Source: Octopus sinensis
Lineage: Eukaryota
Assembly (NCBI RefSeq): GCF_006345805.1
Contig: NC_043016.1
Location: 12,896,001 to 12,960,000, forward strand
Direction of reading: 5' to 3'
Length of the DNA stretch: 64,000 nucleotides
The position numbers and the translations under genes were made by a program. Positions 37,223 to 50,313 of the stretch are shown here, one piece after another. Position 1 is the stretch's first letter. The number at the start of each line of letters is the position of its first letter. Below the pieces are notes generated by a model. That model ran no database searches. It had not been told where the DNA came from and worked only from the letters and a program-made list of their open reading frames with translations.

Positions 37223-37570
37223 TGGTGGTGGTTGCCTGCTCCTTATGCAGAGTTTGACTACCTCTTGTACCTACACCTTAGAACCATCATGGCATCTGTT
37301 GTGGCTTTTTAAACCTGACAATGTTTTGAAAAGACACCCACATAGATTGCATATCCGATGTGGACCACCAAGAGCTGCAGATAAGTTCTTGTCTTTGTGG
37401 ATCTTAAAAATGCCTTTTGAAGCTTCCATTAGATTTGCAAACCTTCTGGTATACATTGCATTGAAAAGTGTGTTGAGACATATAGGCAGAATAGTTGGTG
37501 GAGGTTCGCTTTCCATGGGTTCGCAGATAAGATTTGAGCCCAGCAAAAGACAGGCATGGTCTGTCTCGAA
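37223..37570 (-). mobile_element. Second zinc-finger LINE 3' end, frameshifted and nested in the central microsatellite of a SINE A
   Basis: Removing one A from the A5 run at 37406-37410 gives RPCLSFAGLKSYLRTH..FQCNVYQKVCKSNGSFKRHFKIH..ICNLCGCLFKTLSGLKSHNRCH..*; (CCA)n tail; the SINE halves flank it. Confidence 0.7.
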
Positions 37571-40500
37571 TTTTGTGTGTGTGTATGTGTCAATCCCCAA
37601 CACCTCCACTTGACAACCAGTCTTGGTTTGAACTTGCGTCCTTGTAACTTTGGAGTTCAGCGTAAGAGATCAATAGAATAAATACCAGGTTTTTTTTTTA
37701 TAAAAAGGAAGTACTGGGCTCAATTTGTTCAACTAAACCTTTCGTGATGCTCCAGCCTGGCCACAGCCTAATGACTGAAACAAGTAAAAGATAACTTAAC
37801 CAGGCATGGCTGGCTGGGTGGTTAGGAAGCTTGTTTCCCAACCACACAGTTTTGGGTTCAGTACCACTGCATGACACCTTGGGTGCATGTTTCTTCTACG
37901 ATAGCCGTGGGTGACCAAAGCCTTATGAGTGGTTTTCATAGAAAAACTGAAAGAAACCTATTGTATTTTCCACTTTGCTTTTGAGAAGTGGGTCTTAATT
38001 TTAATATCATTGAGAATTGTAACAGGACGCACACCTGAGACACATTACACACATTACATATGAATGTGGTTACTACATAAGTTATAGCCTCCTTGAAACA
38101 GCTGTCAAGATAAGACTTTGCATAATTCTTCTGCTCTTTTGTTCCCTTTTTTTCTTTATTCTGTAAATTGTATTTTGTTCTCTATCTAAATATGTCTTGA
38201 GCCTGTGCATGTGTGTGTGTGTGTGTCTCTCTCTCACACACACACATTCACATACATTCACACACATTAGTGTGGTGTGTGTCTTTTAGTTTGTCGCCCC
38301 CTTGCCACCATCTGACAACTGGCATTGGTTTGCTTACTTCTTCAGTGTAATTTAGCAGTTCAGCATAAGAGACTAATAGAATAAATATCAGGGTCAGTTC
38401 GCTCAACTAAAACCATTCAAGGTGTTTCTCCAGCATGGCTGCAGTCCAATGACTGAAACAAGTAAAAAACGTAAAAGATAAAAACCTGTTTGTAGAATCT
38501 GTATAAAAAAATAAATAAATATTTATCAGTCATGATTGATGATATCTGAACAAACCAATCTGTTAACAAATGCCTTGAGAGAGTATTTACTTACAAAAAT
38601 AGCATGAAATATATTGAAGATAAGTTTTCAAACTATTGCTATTCAAAATAAAGAATTAAGCCATACAATTTTCTCCTCCTTGGCTTTATAGAAGCCTACA
38701 CAATAAACTGAAGATATTTGCATGGAAATTGAGGTTATGCAGTACAGCAGATGATTGTAATTGTTGATGTTTGCTGTTAAAGAAGAGTCTCGAATAAGAG
38801 AGAGGTTAAGTTTTTAATAAACAAATATGGATGAATAGGGAAAGTTGTTGTTTTGTCCCGTGTCAGCCCTTCATTGAAAAGACTTGTGATAAAAGCTGTT
38901 TCAGCTGTGACTATTTCATCTTTCACCAGTCATACTATATCTAAGATTACATTAGCCAATGTGTGTCCATTTTTGTTTTTACTGATAGTAGAGTGAGATT
39001 CAAACAATTACATACAGGCTCCATTTTCAGTTCATTAGTTGGAACTAGTTAGTCTTTGATGTGATTAATAATCATCATCATCATCATCATTTAGCATCCA
39101 CTTTCCATGCTAGCATGGGTTGGACGGTTCAACTGGGGTCTGGGAAGCCAGAAGGCTGCACCAGGCCAGTCAGATCTGGCAATGTTTCTACGGCTGGATG
39201 CCCTTCCTAACGCCAACCACTCAATGATGATAATTGATGATGATGATGATGATAGTAATCCTTTCTGTTATAGACACAAGGCTTGATTTTTTTTTTTTTT
39301 TGGAAAGGCTCAAGTCAATTACATAAACCCCAGTGCATGACTGGTACTTATTTCATTGACTCTGAAAGGATGAAAGGCTAAGTTGACCTTGGTGGAATTT
39401 GAACTAAGAACATAAAGATGGACATAAAGATGGACAATCTGCCTGGCAACATTTTGTCCAACGTGTTAATGATTTGACCAGCTTGCTACCTTAATGATAA
39501 TAACTACCGGTAGTGTTTGGTGTGAAGCTTAGGAAAACTGGTTTCCATGCAGTTTCAAGAACTGAATGCAACGAAGGCAGGTTGTACAAGAAATAGTTGC
39601 AGTCAAAAATGGAGCTGGGTTATTAATTGTCCAAGAGCAGAGTCCATAGTTGGTGGGTGGAGAAAAAGTTAAAAAGCAAAAAACAAAAAAAATTGCAGGA
39701 ATTTATCTGAATGTCGAGATATTGATTTTTCTGTTCAAACTGTTACGGATCATTGGGTGAAGAATCTTTAGTTCAATAAGTTTAATGAAATTGATTATGT
39801 AAATTGAAGAGTTAACTTATGGTTCATTATTATTATTTTTCTCTTTTTGTTTTGTTGGGTTGCTTAAAATTTGGAACTAATTGGTCCTATTGAAGTTCAA
39901 TGGTAATTTCTTTTTATAGCCTTGTTTGGGAGCAACAAAGAAAATTAGATTTTAAATAAGGAAAGAATTTGATTAACCCTGTCAAGCTGTATTTTTGCTG
40001 TAGGAAGACTAGGTTGAATGTCACCTCTGCTGGATTCTCGTTAAAGTGGTAATTAACGAACAGCACTCACGGAAAAAGAAGGTGCAGCTGATTCTGTCCA
40101 TTAGTTTGCCTGCAATTGTTACTATTGAACTGTATATGCAACTAGTGTTAGTTTTTTGCTCAGGAATGCAGGTGGAGAGTAAAGTTAGACAGGGGGGGAT
40201 CCAAGTCTGACAAGATTAAAAGTATGTGTGAGTATGAGGAGAGTTATAAGAAATTGGACTACAAAATACTTTTTAAGAATCATTTACTTCGACATTGAGA
40301 TGATGCTTTTTTTTTTTTTTTTGTTTACTGAACACATTTAAGATAAATTTGACATTCTTCTCTCACCCACTTCTACGCAACATCAATTTCTTTTAGTCTG
40401 TCGTATTAAATACTACAAGTAATAGCAGCCAACCATCAGTTGTTATCAACACTGTACACTGTTGACTGTTTGACTGTTTGACTATTTTGGTGTTGGCTGA

Positions 40501-42293
40501 AATGATTGTAGTCTTATCAAAAGCTACATATGTCTTTGTTGTATCAAAATGATGTCTTTTCCTTGTATTTAAGAATTTAGAACAGATTGCCAACTTTATT
40601 TACTTCTTTCCATTCCGACAGTTTTAAGGTCATGAAATAGGGTGTTGAAAAGAAAAAATTTAAATAAAGAAAGAAAAAAATTCCTTGGATGAATTTGCTT
40701 TCTCCAGCTCCTTTCAATGCGGTTTTCGTATTACATAAACTAAACTGACACATTACTATAATCAGTTGTGATTATTTTGTGTCTGGCAGGGGAAAATAAA
40801 TAACATCCCAATTAAATGAAGTTAAAGTTGACATTAGCAGAAGAGCCCAAAACTGACATCTCCACACAAACAAGCTACTCTATTACATATTATTCAGAAT
40901 AGTTGGTTTACATTCTGATTAAAACTTTCATGCTCCCCATCACTAGCAAGGGAGGGGGAGGGAGAGAGAGAGAGAGAGAACAAGAGAGAGAGAGAGAGAG
41001 AGGACGAGAGAGAGAGAGAGTGTATGTGTGTGTGTTGTATTCTTTGCCTCTTCAATAAAGGAGGTACTTCTGAAGTTCAACAGGCCTTAACTCTATTTCT
41101 CTTAAATCACAGAATTATTCCAGGGTTCATCAATGACTGTGTCAATTTTTCTGTGCCGATTCTTCACAATTAGAAACACCAAACTGGATCAAAGCTATTT
41201 CCCTCATGTTTTTCCTAATTTTCTTTATATTTTTGAAATGAGTACCTTTGATAAATAAGACATTTTGGTAAATACCTTCTTTTGATATGGATGTAATGAC
41301 ACAAAATAACTCATTTTGATAATAAAGTCTCACTTTACTATCAAAGGTATTTTTTCTGCTGTGATCCCCCTGTCTGTCTTTTTGTTCAGATAATACATCT
41401 AGGACTTTATTAATCTAACATGTCCTCTTTTAAGATGGTTTAGCTTGTGATATGAAGATCTTGGTGCTATTTCTAGCAGATCAGTTACCTGGATTCTGAT
41501 GAGGTAATGATGATGGTAGCAGTTAAGGTGATAAGGCAGATATATATATATATATATATAAAGATAATTTTATAATTTAGTTAAACCGTAAAAGGACTGT
41601 AGATGGAAGTGCTCAGGTAACACTGAGACGAAAGGGAAAAATAGATGTTTCAGAGGACCGCCTGAATCTTGATCTTGAATTGAACCTGCAGCAAATTCTT
41701 TCTCTTAATTTAATCATTAATTTTTGAAATGGACAATGGACTAAAATTCTGATTCTGTTTTGTCTGATTACTTTAGGCCATTGAACATTATATATTTTAC
41801 CTCCTTACACCGTTTTAGAATTGATTGACTACCAGAAATGTGAGACTTTTGTAAATTTTCTCCTGAAGAAAAAAGTTCATTGCTTTTGGATTTCCTTAAT
41901 GGATTTTACATTGACGAAGGGAGGCAACGTGCTTTGAAATGATTGTAGAGATGCATTTGAACGGACTCTTTTCTGGTCACCACTTTGCCCTCTATTTTTA
42001 TATTATTTTAGTTTCATTGCCTTAGATTTTTAGTCACTTTTATTAGGCATTAATTTAATCCATATATTTTTCTTCATTTGACTTCACCCGTATTACCCTT
42101 TTAAGTTTTATCACTTTTTATTCATATATATGTGTATATTTTATACTGTTGGGTTTTACCATTGGTTGCCCTGATGTTTTAATATATATTTATGTTCAAT
42201 TTATGATAATATGAGCATGTTATAAAGTTGTTTTGACCAATTAGGGCATTTATTCATTATAACTTTCAATTTATATATATATATATATATATA

Positions 42294-42790
42294 TCATCAT
42301 CATCATCATTTAGCGTCCGCTTTCCATGCTAGCATAAGTTGGATGGTTCAACTGGGGTCTGTGAAGCCAGAAGGCTGAATCAGGCCCAGTCTGATCTGGC
42401 AGTGTTTCTACGGCTGGATCCCCTTCCTAACGCCAACCACTCCGTGAGTGTAGTGGGTGCTTTTTACGTGCCACCTTTAGTCAAATAAATTGACTCCAGG
42501 GCTTATTCTTTGTAAGCCTAGTACTTATCCTATCGGTCTCTTTTACCGAACCGCTTGGTTACGGGGGACGTAAACACACCAACATCGGTTGTCAAGCAGT
42601 GATGGGGGGACAAACACACACACACACATAAATACAACGGGCTTTTTTCAGTTTCCATCTACCAGATCCATTCACAAGGCTTTGGTCAGCCTGAGGCTAT
42701 AGTAAAAGACACTTACCCAAGGTGCCATGCAGTGTGACTGAACCTGGAACTGTGTGGTTGTTAAGCAAGCTACTTACCACGTAGCCACTC
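42294..42790 (-). mobile_element. Adjacent SINE B (42294-42476) and SINE A (42477-42790)
   Basis: Both match the family copies elsewhere in the window. Confidence 0.85.
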
Positions 42791-43124
42791 CTAAAGTCTT
42801 AATTTGAGAAAAGCATCATTATATAGGAAGAACTACAATATTTGTCAAATGTGTTCTTACCTGTATGAAAGCAGGGATGTGAATTGAGGGGATCTGTTTG
42901 CTATTTCTAGCAAGGTAAACATATTTGGCCTGGCAATCTACCATTCCTGGAACTTCTATATGATTGTTTATGTTTGAATCCCAATAGTTGACATGAAAAA
43001 ACAAAAAGATTGTACTTGTATTTAGATTAATGATTTTATGAAACACAATTCCATGATCAAAAATTATGTAAAGTAATAAAATTAACATGCTTATTATCAA
43101 TATATATATATATATATATATATA

Positions 43125-43435
43125 TCAGCATCCTCGTTTAATGTCCGTTTTCCATGCTAGCACAGGTTGGATGGTTCAACCGGGGTTTAGAAAGCCAGGA
43201 GGCTACACCAGGCTCCAATCTGATCTGGCAGTATTTCTACAGCTCAATGCCCTTCCTAATGCCAACCACTCCGTGAGTGTAGTGGGTGCTTTTTATGTGC
43301 CACCGGCACAGGAGCCAGACAAGGCTGGCAAACGTCCATGATCAGTTGGTGCTTTTTACGTGTCACCAACACAAACGCCAGTCAGGCAGCACTAGCCTCA
43401 AACACATTCAGATGGTGCTTTTTACGTACCACCAG
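43125..43435 (-). mobile_element. SINE family B with three internal units
   Basis: GCTTTT(T)A(T/C)GT(G/A)(C/T)CACC recurs three times. Confidence 0.8.
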
Positions 43436-44538
43436 CCTTTTTTTTTTCTCTCAAGTCTAGATACCATGTTGGCTCATACGAATATACATACACAAGACAT
43501 TTGAGTGTAATTTAATGGTGATTTGGCTCCAACTTCTTGTAGTTAAGGTACCCTCATTGGTTAATGCTTATATTTTTTTTCTATCATATGTTATGAGAAG
43601 ATGATAGAAAATTTGTTTAGACTCTGTTCATATTTTCTGTTGTTCAAAAAGCAATAGAAAGAAGGCTGTTTGTAGTGTAATCAATTTCTTTATCACCTGA
43701 AAACCTATAGACAGCTAGTTCAAGTGCAATTCAGTTCTTATATGAATCCTCCCTTTATTTGACCTTGTCTTCATAATAGATTTAGTTGTTAATTATCTTT
43801 GATAGAATTGTTAACACACCTGGACAAAGTGCTTAGCAGCATTTCTTCTGGTTTTTCATTCCGAGTTGAAATACCACCAAGATCGACTTTGCCTTTTCAT
43901 CCTTTCGGGGGTTGATAAAATAAGTATCAGTTGAGCAGTTCCCCCTCCCCTCAAAAATGCTGACCTCATGTCAAAATTGTAACAAATTATCATTGTACTT
44001 TGATTCAATTCACATGGTTCCTTTCAAGTTCCCCCATTTAATGAAAACAAAATAAGTAAAGAAACTAAGATGTGTTGAAAAAGAAAAAAAAAATTTTCAT
44101 AGTAGTTCAATAAGAAATATGTCAGTTGGAAAGTTTGGAGGTAATGGTGTGTTGTATTGATTGTGTGGTGTGAATGAGTTAGTTACCTCATGCTGTAATT
44201 GATTTCTTACATGAATACAACACTGTTATACATTTTTAATAGAATAAAGAAATCATGATTAGGTTGTGTTTATGATTTTTTTTCTCAAGAGCTTGGAGTG
44301 GAAATATCTGTGAAACTGTAAATATTTTAAACAGTAAATTGACACCGGTTGAAAGCTTTATTGTTGATCTATGGCACATGTAAGTTTTATGTATCTCAAA
44401 AATGAAAATGATATGGTTGTATTTAAACCTCAAACTTGTTCTGTTCTGCACTGAGAGACCTATCATCAAATATTTCAGACTCATAAGTGGGATTTACAAG
44501 TGAAGAAAAATTGTTTCCAAACCTAGAACGATGTTTCT

Positions 44539-44775
44539 TATTTCTTTATTGCCCACAAGGGGTTAAACATAGAGGGGACGAACAAGGACATACAAAGGGA
44601 TTAAGTCGATTACATCGACCCCCAGTGCGTAACTGGTACTTAATTTATCGACCCTGAAAGGATGAAAGGCAAAGTTGACATCGGCAGAATTTGAACTCAG
44701 AATGTAACGGCAGACGAAATACTGATAAGCGTATCGCCCGGCGTGCTAACGTTTCTGCCAGCTCGCCACCTTAAG
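44539..44775 (-). mobile_element. Young full-length SINE family C with a 17-bp TSD
   Basis: Perfect TSD CCTAGAACGATGTTTCT at 44522-44538 and 44776-44792; tRNA-like A and B boxes; CpGs retained. Confidence 0.93.
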
Positions 44776-45289
44776 CCTAGAACGATGTTTCTGCTACATG
44801 TGAACAACATTGAACACATCACAGAAAAGAAAAAAAGGGCCTTAATTGATTGGTGCAGTCGTACTCTAATGTATTTCAACTTGTAATAACATGTGGACAC
44901 ATTGCCTTCTCGCTCTTCCTTTTCTGCCCCGAGGATCCCTTCTGGTTTCGTATCACCTCCCACACAGCCTTATTGGTCATAATTGCTTCTCTTCTTGTCC
45001 CTCTGCACTACCATCATCATCATCATTTCACTTTAACACCCACATTTCTATGCTTGCATGGGTTGTATGGAGTTTATTGAGGCAGATTTTCTATGGTTGG
45101 ATGTCCTTCCTGCTGCCAACCGTCATCTGATTCCAAACAATTTAATATTTCCCCATAACCAGACATATTTTTGCATCATGTTGGAAATGAATGACACTGC
45201 TTGTATGACAGTGACACTCATTTACAGCTACATGCAGTAGCAAGACAAGGAGACACAATCGTATACACACACACACACATCCTGACCAC

Positions 45290-45500
45290 TCTTCAAACCA
45301 TTTCTCTCCAGAGTATCACACGTCTGGAATCTGTTCTCCCATCAATGTTTTTCCTACAGTCTTCAAGCTGTGGTTGCTCAATATAAAACACAAATATATT
45401 GATTTCACCAGTCTCTGAGCTGCTACAGAGGCTATGTATCTGGTCCCATCTTCTTAACGTGACCCCCCTCCCCTTTCAAAAAAACAACAAAAAGAAAACC
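45290..45500 (+). mobile_element. Decayed CR1/L2-group LINE 3' end
   Basis: FLSRVSHVWNLFSH resembles FFPRT..LWN.LP.H; A-rich tail near 45477. Confidence 0.5.
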
Positions 45501-45789
45501 CCCAGAAAAATCAGAAAACAAAAAGAGACAGTGTACACTATCCAGTGTTCTTTTCCTCAGATGACGGGACATGATGTAAGGCAGATTATTTAGAAGGTTG
45601 AACACTTGTAAAATGCATTTGCTTAGGATAATGTTAAACAACTGTCGTCAGCTAAGGATCTTTTTTTAGAGATTTGTAACTGAATTGGTTCTATAATGGA
45701 ATCAATCCACAAGTCGCATCATTCATCACTGAGGACGAGGGTGGGTTGAATGTGAATGCATTGCTGCTTTGTTACTTTCAGTCTTTTCA

Positions 45790-46165
45790 TGAAATGCACA
45801 GAATTGGAACTGATAGAAAATGAGACCAATCACTGCTTCCATCAAATCGGTTTTATCAAAAGAACCAAATGTACATGCCCATACAAGACTTCAGGATGTG
45901 ACACCTGCAGAGATATGAAAAAGTTTCCTGGATTGACAGTGTTGATGGGGATGGTGGACAAGTCAGTACCTTGTGCATGTTGGTCTGCAAGCAAACCTGT
46001 GTCTACACTGGTGTTTGAAGAACACACACCCAGGGATAGTCATGAATTTCTTGTCATTTCTGCACCTGTTTTACAACATGGTAACTTGTTCAACAACATG
46101 CCATTGCACAAATGGTGCAATAATGTTTGTATGTGAACGAAAATGAAGCTGAATGCAAATAAAAA
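45790..46165 (+). pseudogene. Possible piggyBac transposase C-terminal remnant
   Basis: Across frameshifts: ELELIEN, TRLQDV(G)HL, SQY.C..C and ANLCLH.CFEE, resembling the Cys-rich C-terminal domain; TTAA near 46156. Heavily decayed. Confidence 0.35.
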
Positions 46166-47661
46166 AGGTGAATATTAATTAAAAAAAGAAATCTTTTTAT
46201 TTGTGCACATAACTTGGGGATGTTAATTTCAGCCAATTTTAACAAATTAATTTGGTGTCTTCACATTTAGTACATAAAATTTAATCAGAGCAATGGAGGT
46301 TAATGTAATCTCCATGCAGGATTAGTATGACAAGTCTGGTCTTTGGAATAAATTGCAAGCACAATCCATTCATTGAGCTTCCACACAGTTTCCATCAACC
46401 CAGTATTACTCACAAGGGCTGAGGCAGATCTAGGCTATAGTAAAACATGTGTCTGAAATACCCTGTTGCTGTGAATCTAATCAGGGACTTCATGGTTGTA
46501 AAGTATACTTTTTAATCAGTCAACCATGCCTATATCAAACATAAATATCAAATCTATTGTTCTGAAAAGCTGATTGCTATTTTCATAGCAAAACTGAATG
46601 AATAAGTTTATAGTGGAGTCATTAGAAAGAACAATGGAAGGAAAATTTGTCAGGTTTTTTTCTTCTTTTTTGTGTGTGTGTAGGGCAAGCAGATAATTTA
46701 TTCATTATTTTGTTATTGTTTTAAATACTTTTTTTTCTCTTCCCCTTTGCCATCCAATGGGTTACTGATTCCAGAAAGATTACAGGAACTGTTATCCTGT
46801 GAATAATAGATCCGATGAAGGACTACTAAAGCTTGTTGTAATAAGGATTGCTTATCTCATTGTAAGAGCATATTAACCCTTTTTGTAATCATTACCACGT
46901 TTCTGTTGAAATACGCTGCATGCGTTTCAACTAATTTTGAAAATAATGAAGAATTTAGTAAAATAGCTTTGTCAGTGTTTGAACCATAAATTGACAAGAA
47001 ATTTTAATAAAAAGTTTAAACCACTTTAAACAGAAAGATGTAGGGTTGATCTTGGGTATGTTGGTATAAAAAGAGTTATATCTTGTGATTTTTGTATTCA
47101 ATGGCCAGCTTGGATAACATGCTATTTTCATGGTTTGAAACATTTTGAGATTGCATCCCAATGCGACAGTCTCTACGTGGTCTATCAACCTATTAGAAAT
47201 GGCAGCCAAATCTCCTCCAGATCACACACTGCTGTTTTAAAAACAAATGAGATCTGGACACATTGAATAACGTGATCTAGATACACTGATACTAAAAACA
47301 AGATAAGTTGATCATTTGGAAAGCCTTTGATTGTAGGGTTGCTCTACTGGGGTTGTCCTGAGTCTAAACATCATTATGAGGTAAAATATGAAGAAATTTC
47401 TTAGTGTCACTTCAGCCTGCAGTCTACCTGGCCATTTATGCCTTAGTGTGCTGTTTAACCCTAAACCTTATCCTAATCCTAATCCAGATCAGGTCATTTC
47501 ACACGGTAGATTATGGATACTGTGGTAGATTGCATGCTAAAGTAGCACTGGTTTCTTCAACTGGTTTTTCATTTGTGCAAGTGTGTACATGCATGTGTGT
47601 GTGTGTGTGTGTGTGTGTACATGCACTTGAATGCCTATGCCTGTACGTGCATGCGTGTATA

Positions 47662-47692
<31 letters not shown>

Positions 47693-49016
47693 ATAAATGT
47701 ATGAATGTATGTATGTGTGTGTGTATGTGTGTATGTATGTATGTATGCGTGCACACCTTTCTGTCTGTAATGGTTGATTTGTTGAAGCGATAGGTTTAGT
47801 GAAATTTCTTCTTATGACCATATATGATCAATAGTTGAGTCATAAGTGCTTCATGAGAAGATATGAATAGAAATGGAAGCTCTTTATAGTTTATTCAGCT
47901 GTAGGCTAGTGCTGACTCGGCTAGACGCATGATCAGACATTTCAACCAGGACCATCCCATGCTGGTTAGTATTTCCCATCTCATTGTGTAACCAAGACTA
48001 CTGTTTCCTCTGTCTTTACCTTTCTTTTAAGATGATAGGATGAGATTTGAGGGGAAATTTGGCTACTATGTCTAGCAACCAGGGTGAGCTATTACCCTCG
48101 TTGGCTCTCTTCAGATTATAGGGGATATGGTGTGGGGAGAGAGAGAGAGAGCTAGATTCAGCATGATAGGGTGTGTGTGTGTGTGTGTGTGTGTGTACCC
48201 AGAAGTAATAATAATGTAATAGATTGCATTATGGAGTTTAGCTTAGTGCTTTGTATTTCTGAGTTATAGATCTCGGCAGGGTAAGGCTGTGGGTATGTAG
48301 GGGTGGGCAGGTGTGTGTGTGTGTGATAAAAGGAACATTAAATAATTTACTCGGTCATTTCACTCAACCGTGCCACTCCTCTTATCCAAATTTCCCTTTT
48401 CACTGATTTTATGAAAAATTCTTATACTGCTCTTTAATTTAGATACATCAAATCACTATAATTATTTTAATTGACATTAGCAATGAGGGTGTTTTTTTTT
48501 TTAAATTAGGGTCTTCTTGAGCTAGTTATTCTTTTTAGAGCCCCCACATAGCTCTATAAAGAAGGAAGATACCTAGGTATTTGTGAGATATGAAGTGTCC
48601 CCATCACCTGAACTGGTGTCTTGTGCTTTTGTCTTCTTAGCATATTCATTGATAGTAAACTGGACTAAATCATTGATAATAAATTAACTATAGGTGCGGG
48701 AGTAGCTGTGTGGTAAGTAGCTTGCTTACCAACCACATGGTTCCAGGTTCAGTCCCACTGCATGGCACCTTGGGCAAGTGTCTTCTACTATTGCCTCGGG
48801 CCAACCAAAGCCATGTTTCTGAACAAAAGAACATCAAAATCCAAGATGCCTCTTGTTTTGCAACAGTATTCTAATTGTGTTTGGGATTCTATTTCTTGAA
48901 GAAATATGATTCCATCAACACCTCAACCCCTAGCCCACCAAAAAGAAAAAAAAAAGAAAGAAAAGTACATTATGCAGTAACCTATTTAGCTTAGCCTAAA
49001 TATCAGTGATCAGTAT

Positions 49017-49085
<69 letters not shown>

Positions 49086-49439
49086 ATGTGTGTGTGTATG
49101 ATCCCTAACATAGCCCAACTTATTGAAGTATATGTCAGCCGCTATCTTCAAAGCCTGTGGTGGTTGGTGTCTACACTATTCATAGAATGAGGATATCAAC
49201 AGCTGATGTTCCTCAATCAGTGTGAGTCATGTCAGAAGTAAACTGGATTCTAGAACAACAAAAAGAGAAAAAGAAAAAAAAAATCTGGAAACAGGTGTTT
49301 ATAAATAAATTATACATTCTTTTACTTTTTGCGGCTATATCAATACAGATTGATATCTGGAATATCTAATTTACTTCCTCCACTTGCAAAACATTACTGA
49401 ACTAATCACCTGGTTTATAGGAAATATTTCTCCCAAAAC

Positions 49440-49720
49440 ACACGTGTGCGTGCATATGCACACACACACACACACACACAGTCTCTTACACAGTCTCTCT
49501 CTTTCACGCGCCGTCTCATGCGCCATCTCTCTCTCATGCATGCACAGTCTCTTTTATGCACATAGTCTTTCTCTCTCAAGCACACACACACACAGTCTCT
49601 TACGTGCAGTCTCTCACATGCAGTCTCTCATGTGCAGTCTCTTGCACATGCTGTCTCTCTCTCTCGTGTGCATGCAGTCAGTCTCTCTCTCTCTCGCGCG
49701 CATGCATGCACACAAACACG
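49440..49720. repeat. CA/CT compound repeat with CAGTCTCT units
   Basis: Direct inspection. Confidence 0.85.
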
Positions 49721-50049
49721 TACAGTTACTCATGATTTAAACCAAAAATATTGTATTCATTCTATCAGACAGGACCTCTCACACTCCCTCCCTCCCTCTC
49801 ACACACATTCTGTTTCCCTTGCTTCACTCCATATTCTAATCACCTTTCTTTCCGATTGTCTCTCTCTCTACACTCTGCTCTCACCCTTTCCCCTTGTTTC
49901 TTCTCTTCTTTGTGAACCTTGCACAAATCTTTGAATACAATCCTGTACATCACACACGCACATCTCAACACATACCTTCTCTTTGTTTTTCTGTCAATCA
50001 CTCTACTACTGATTCCCTTCAGTGTAGAATAGGCTCTCATTTCTCTCTC

Positions 50050-50272
50050 ACCCCTCTCTGCCTCTCTTTATCTCTCTGCCTCTCTTTCTCTCTCTGCCTC
50101 TCTTTCTCTCTCTGCCTCTCTGCCTCTCTTTTTCTCTCTGCCTCTCTTTTTCTCTCTGCCTCTCTTTTTCTCTCTGCCTCTCTTTATCTCTCTGCCTCTC
50201 TTTATCTCTCTGCCTCTCTCTGCTTCTCTTTCTCTCTCTGCTTGTATGTATACATGCACAAACACACACACA

Positions 50273-50310
<38 letters not shown>
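50050..50310. repeat. 18-bp CT-rich minisatellite (CTCTGCCTCTCTTTTTCT) followed by (CA)n
   Basis: Direct inspection. Confidence 0.95.

Positions 50311-50313
<3 letters not shown>

Noticed and set aside
42819-43100. Minus-strand ORF with a CAG|GTAAGA donor near 42860
   Set aside because: No clear acceptor, no partner exons on that strand and no homology recognised.
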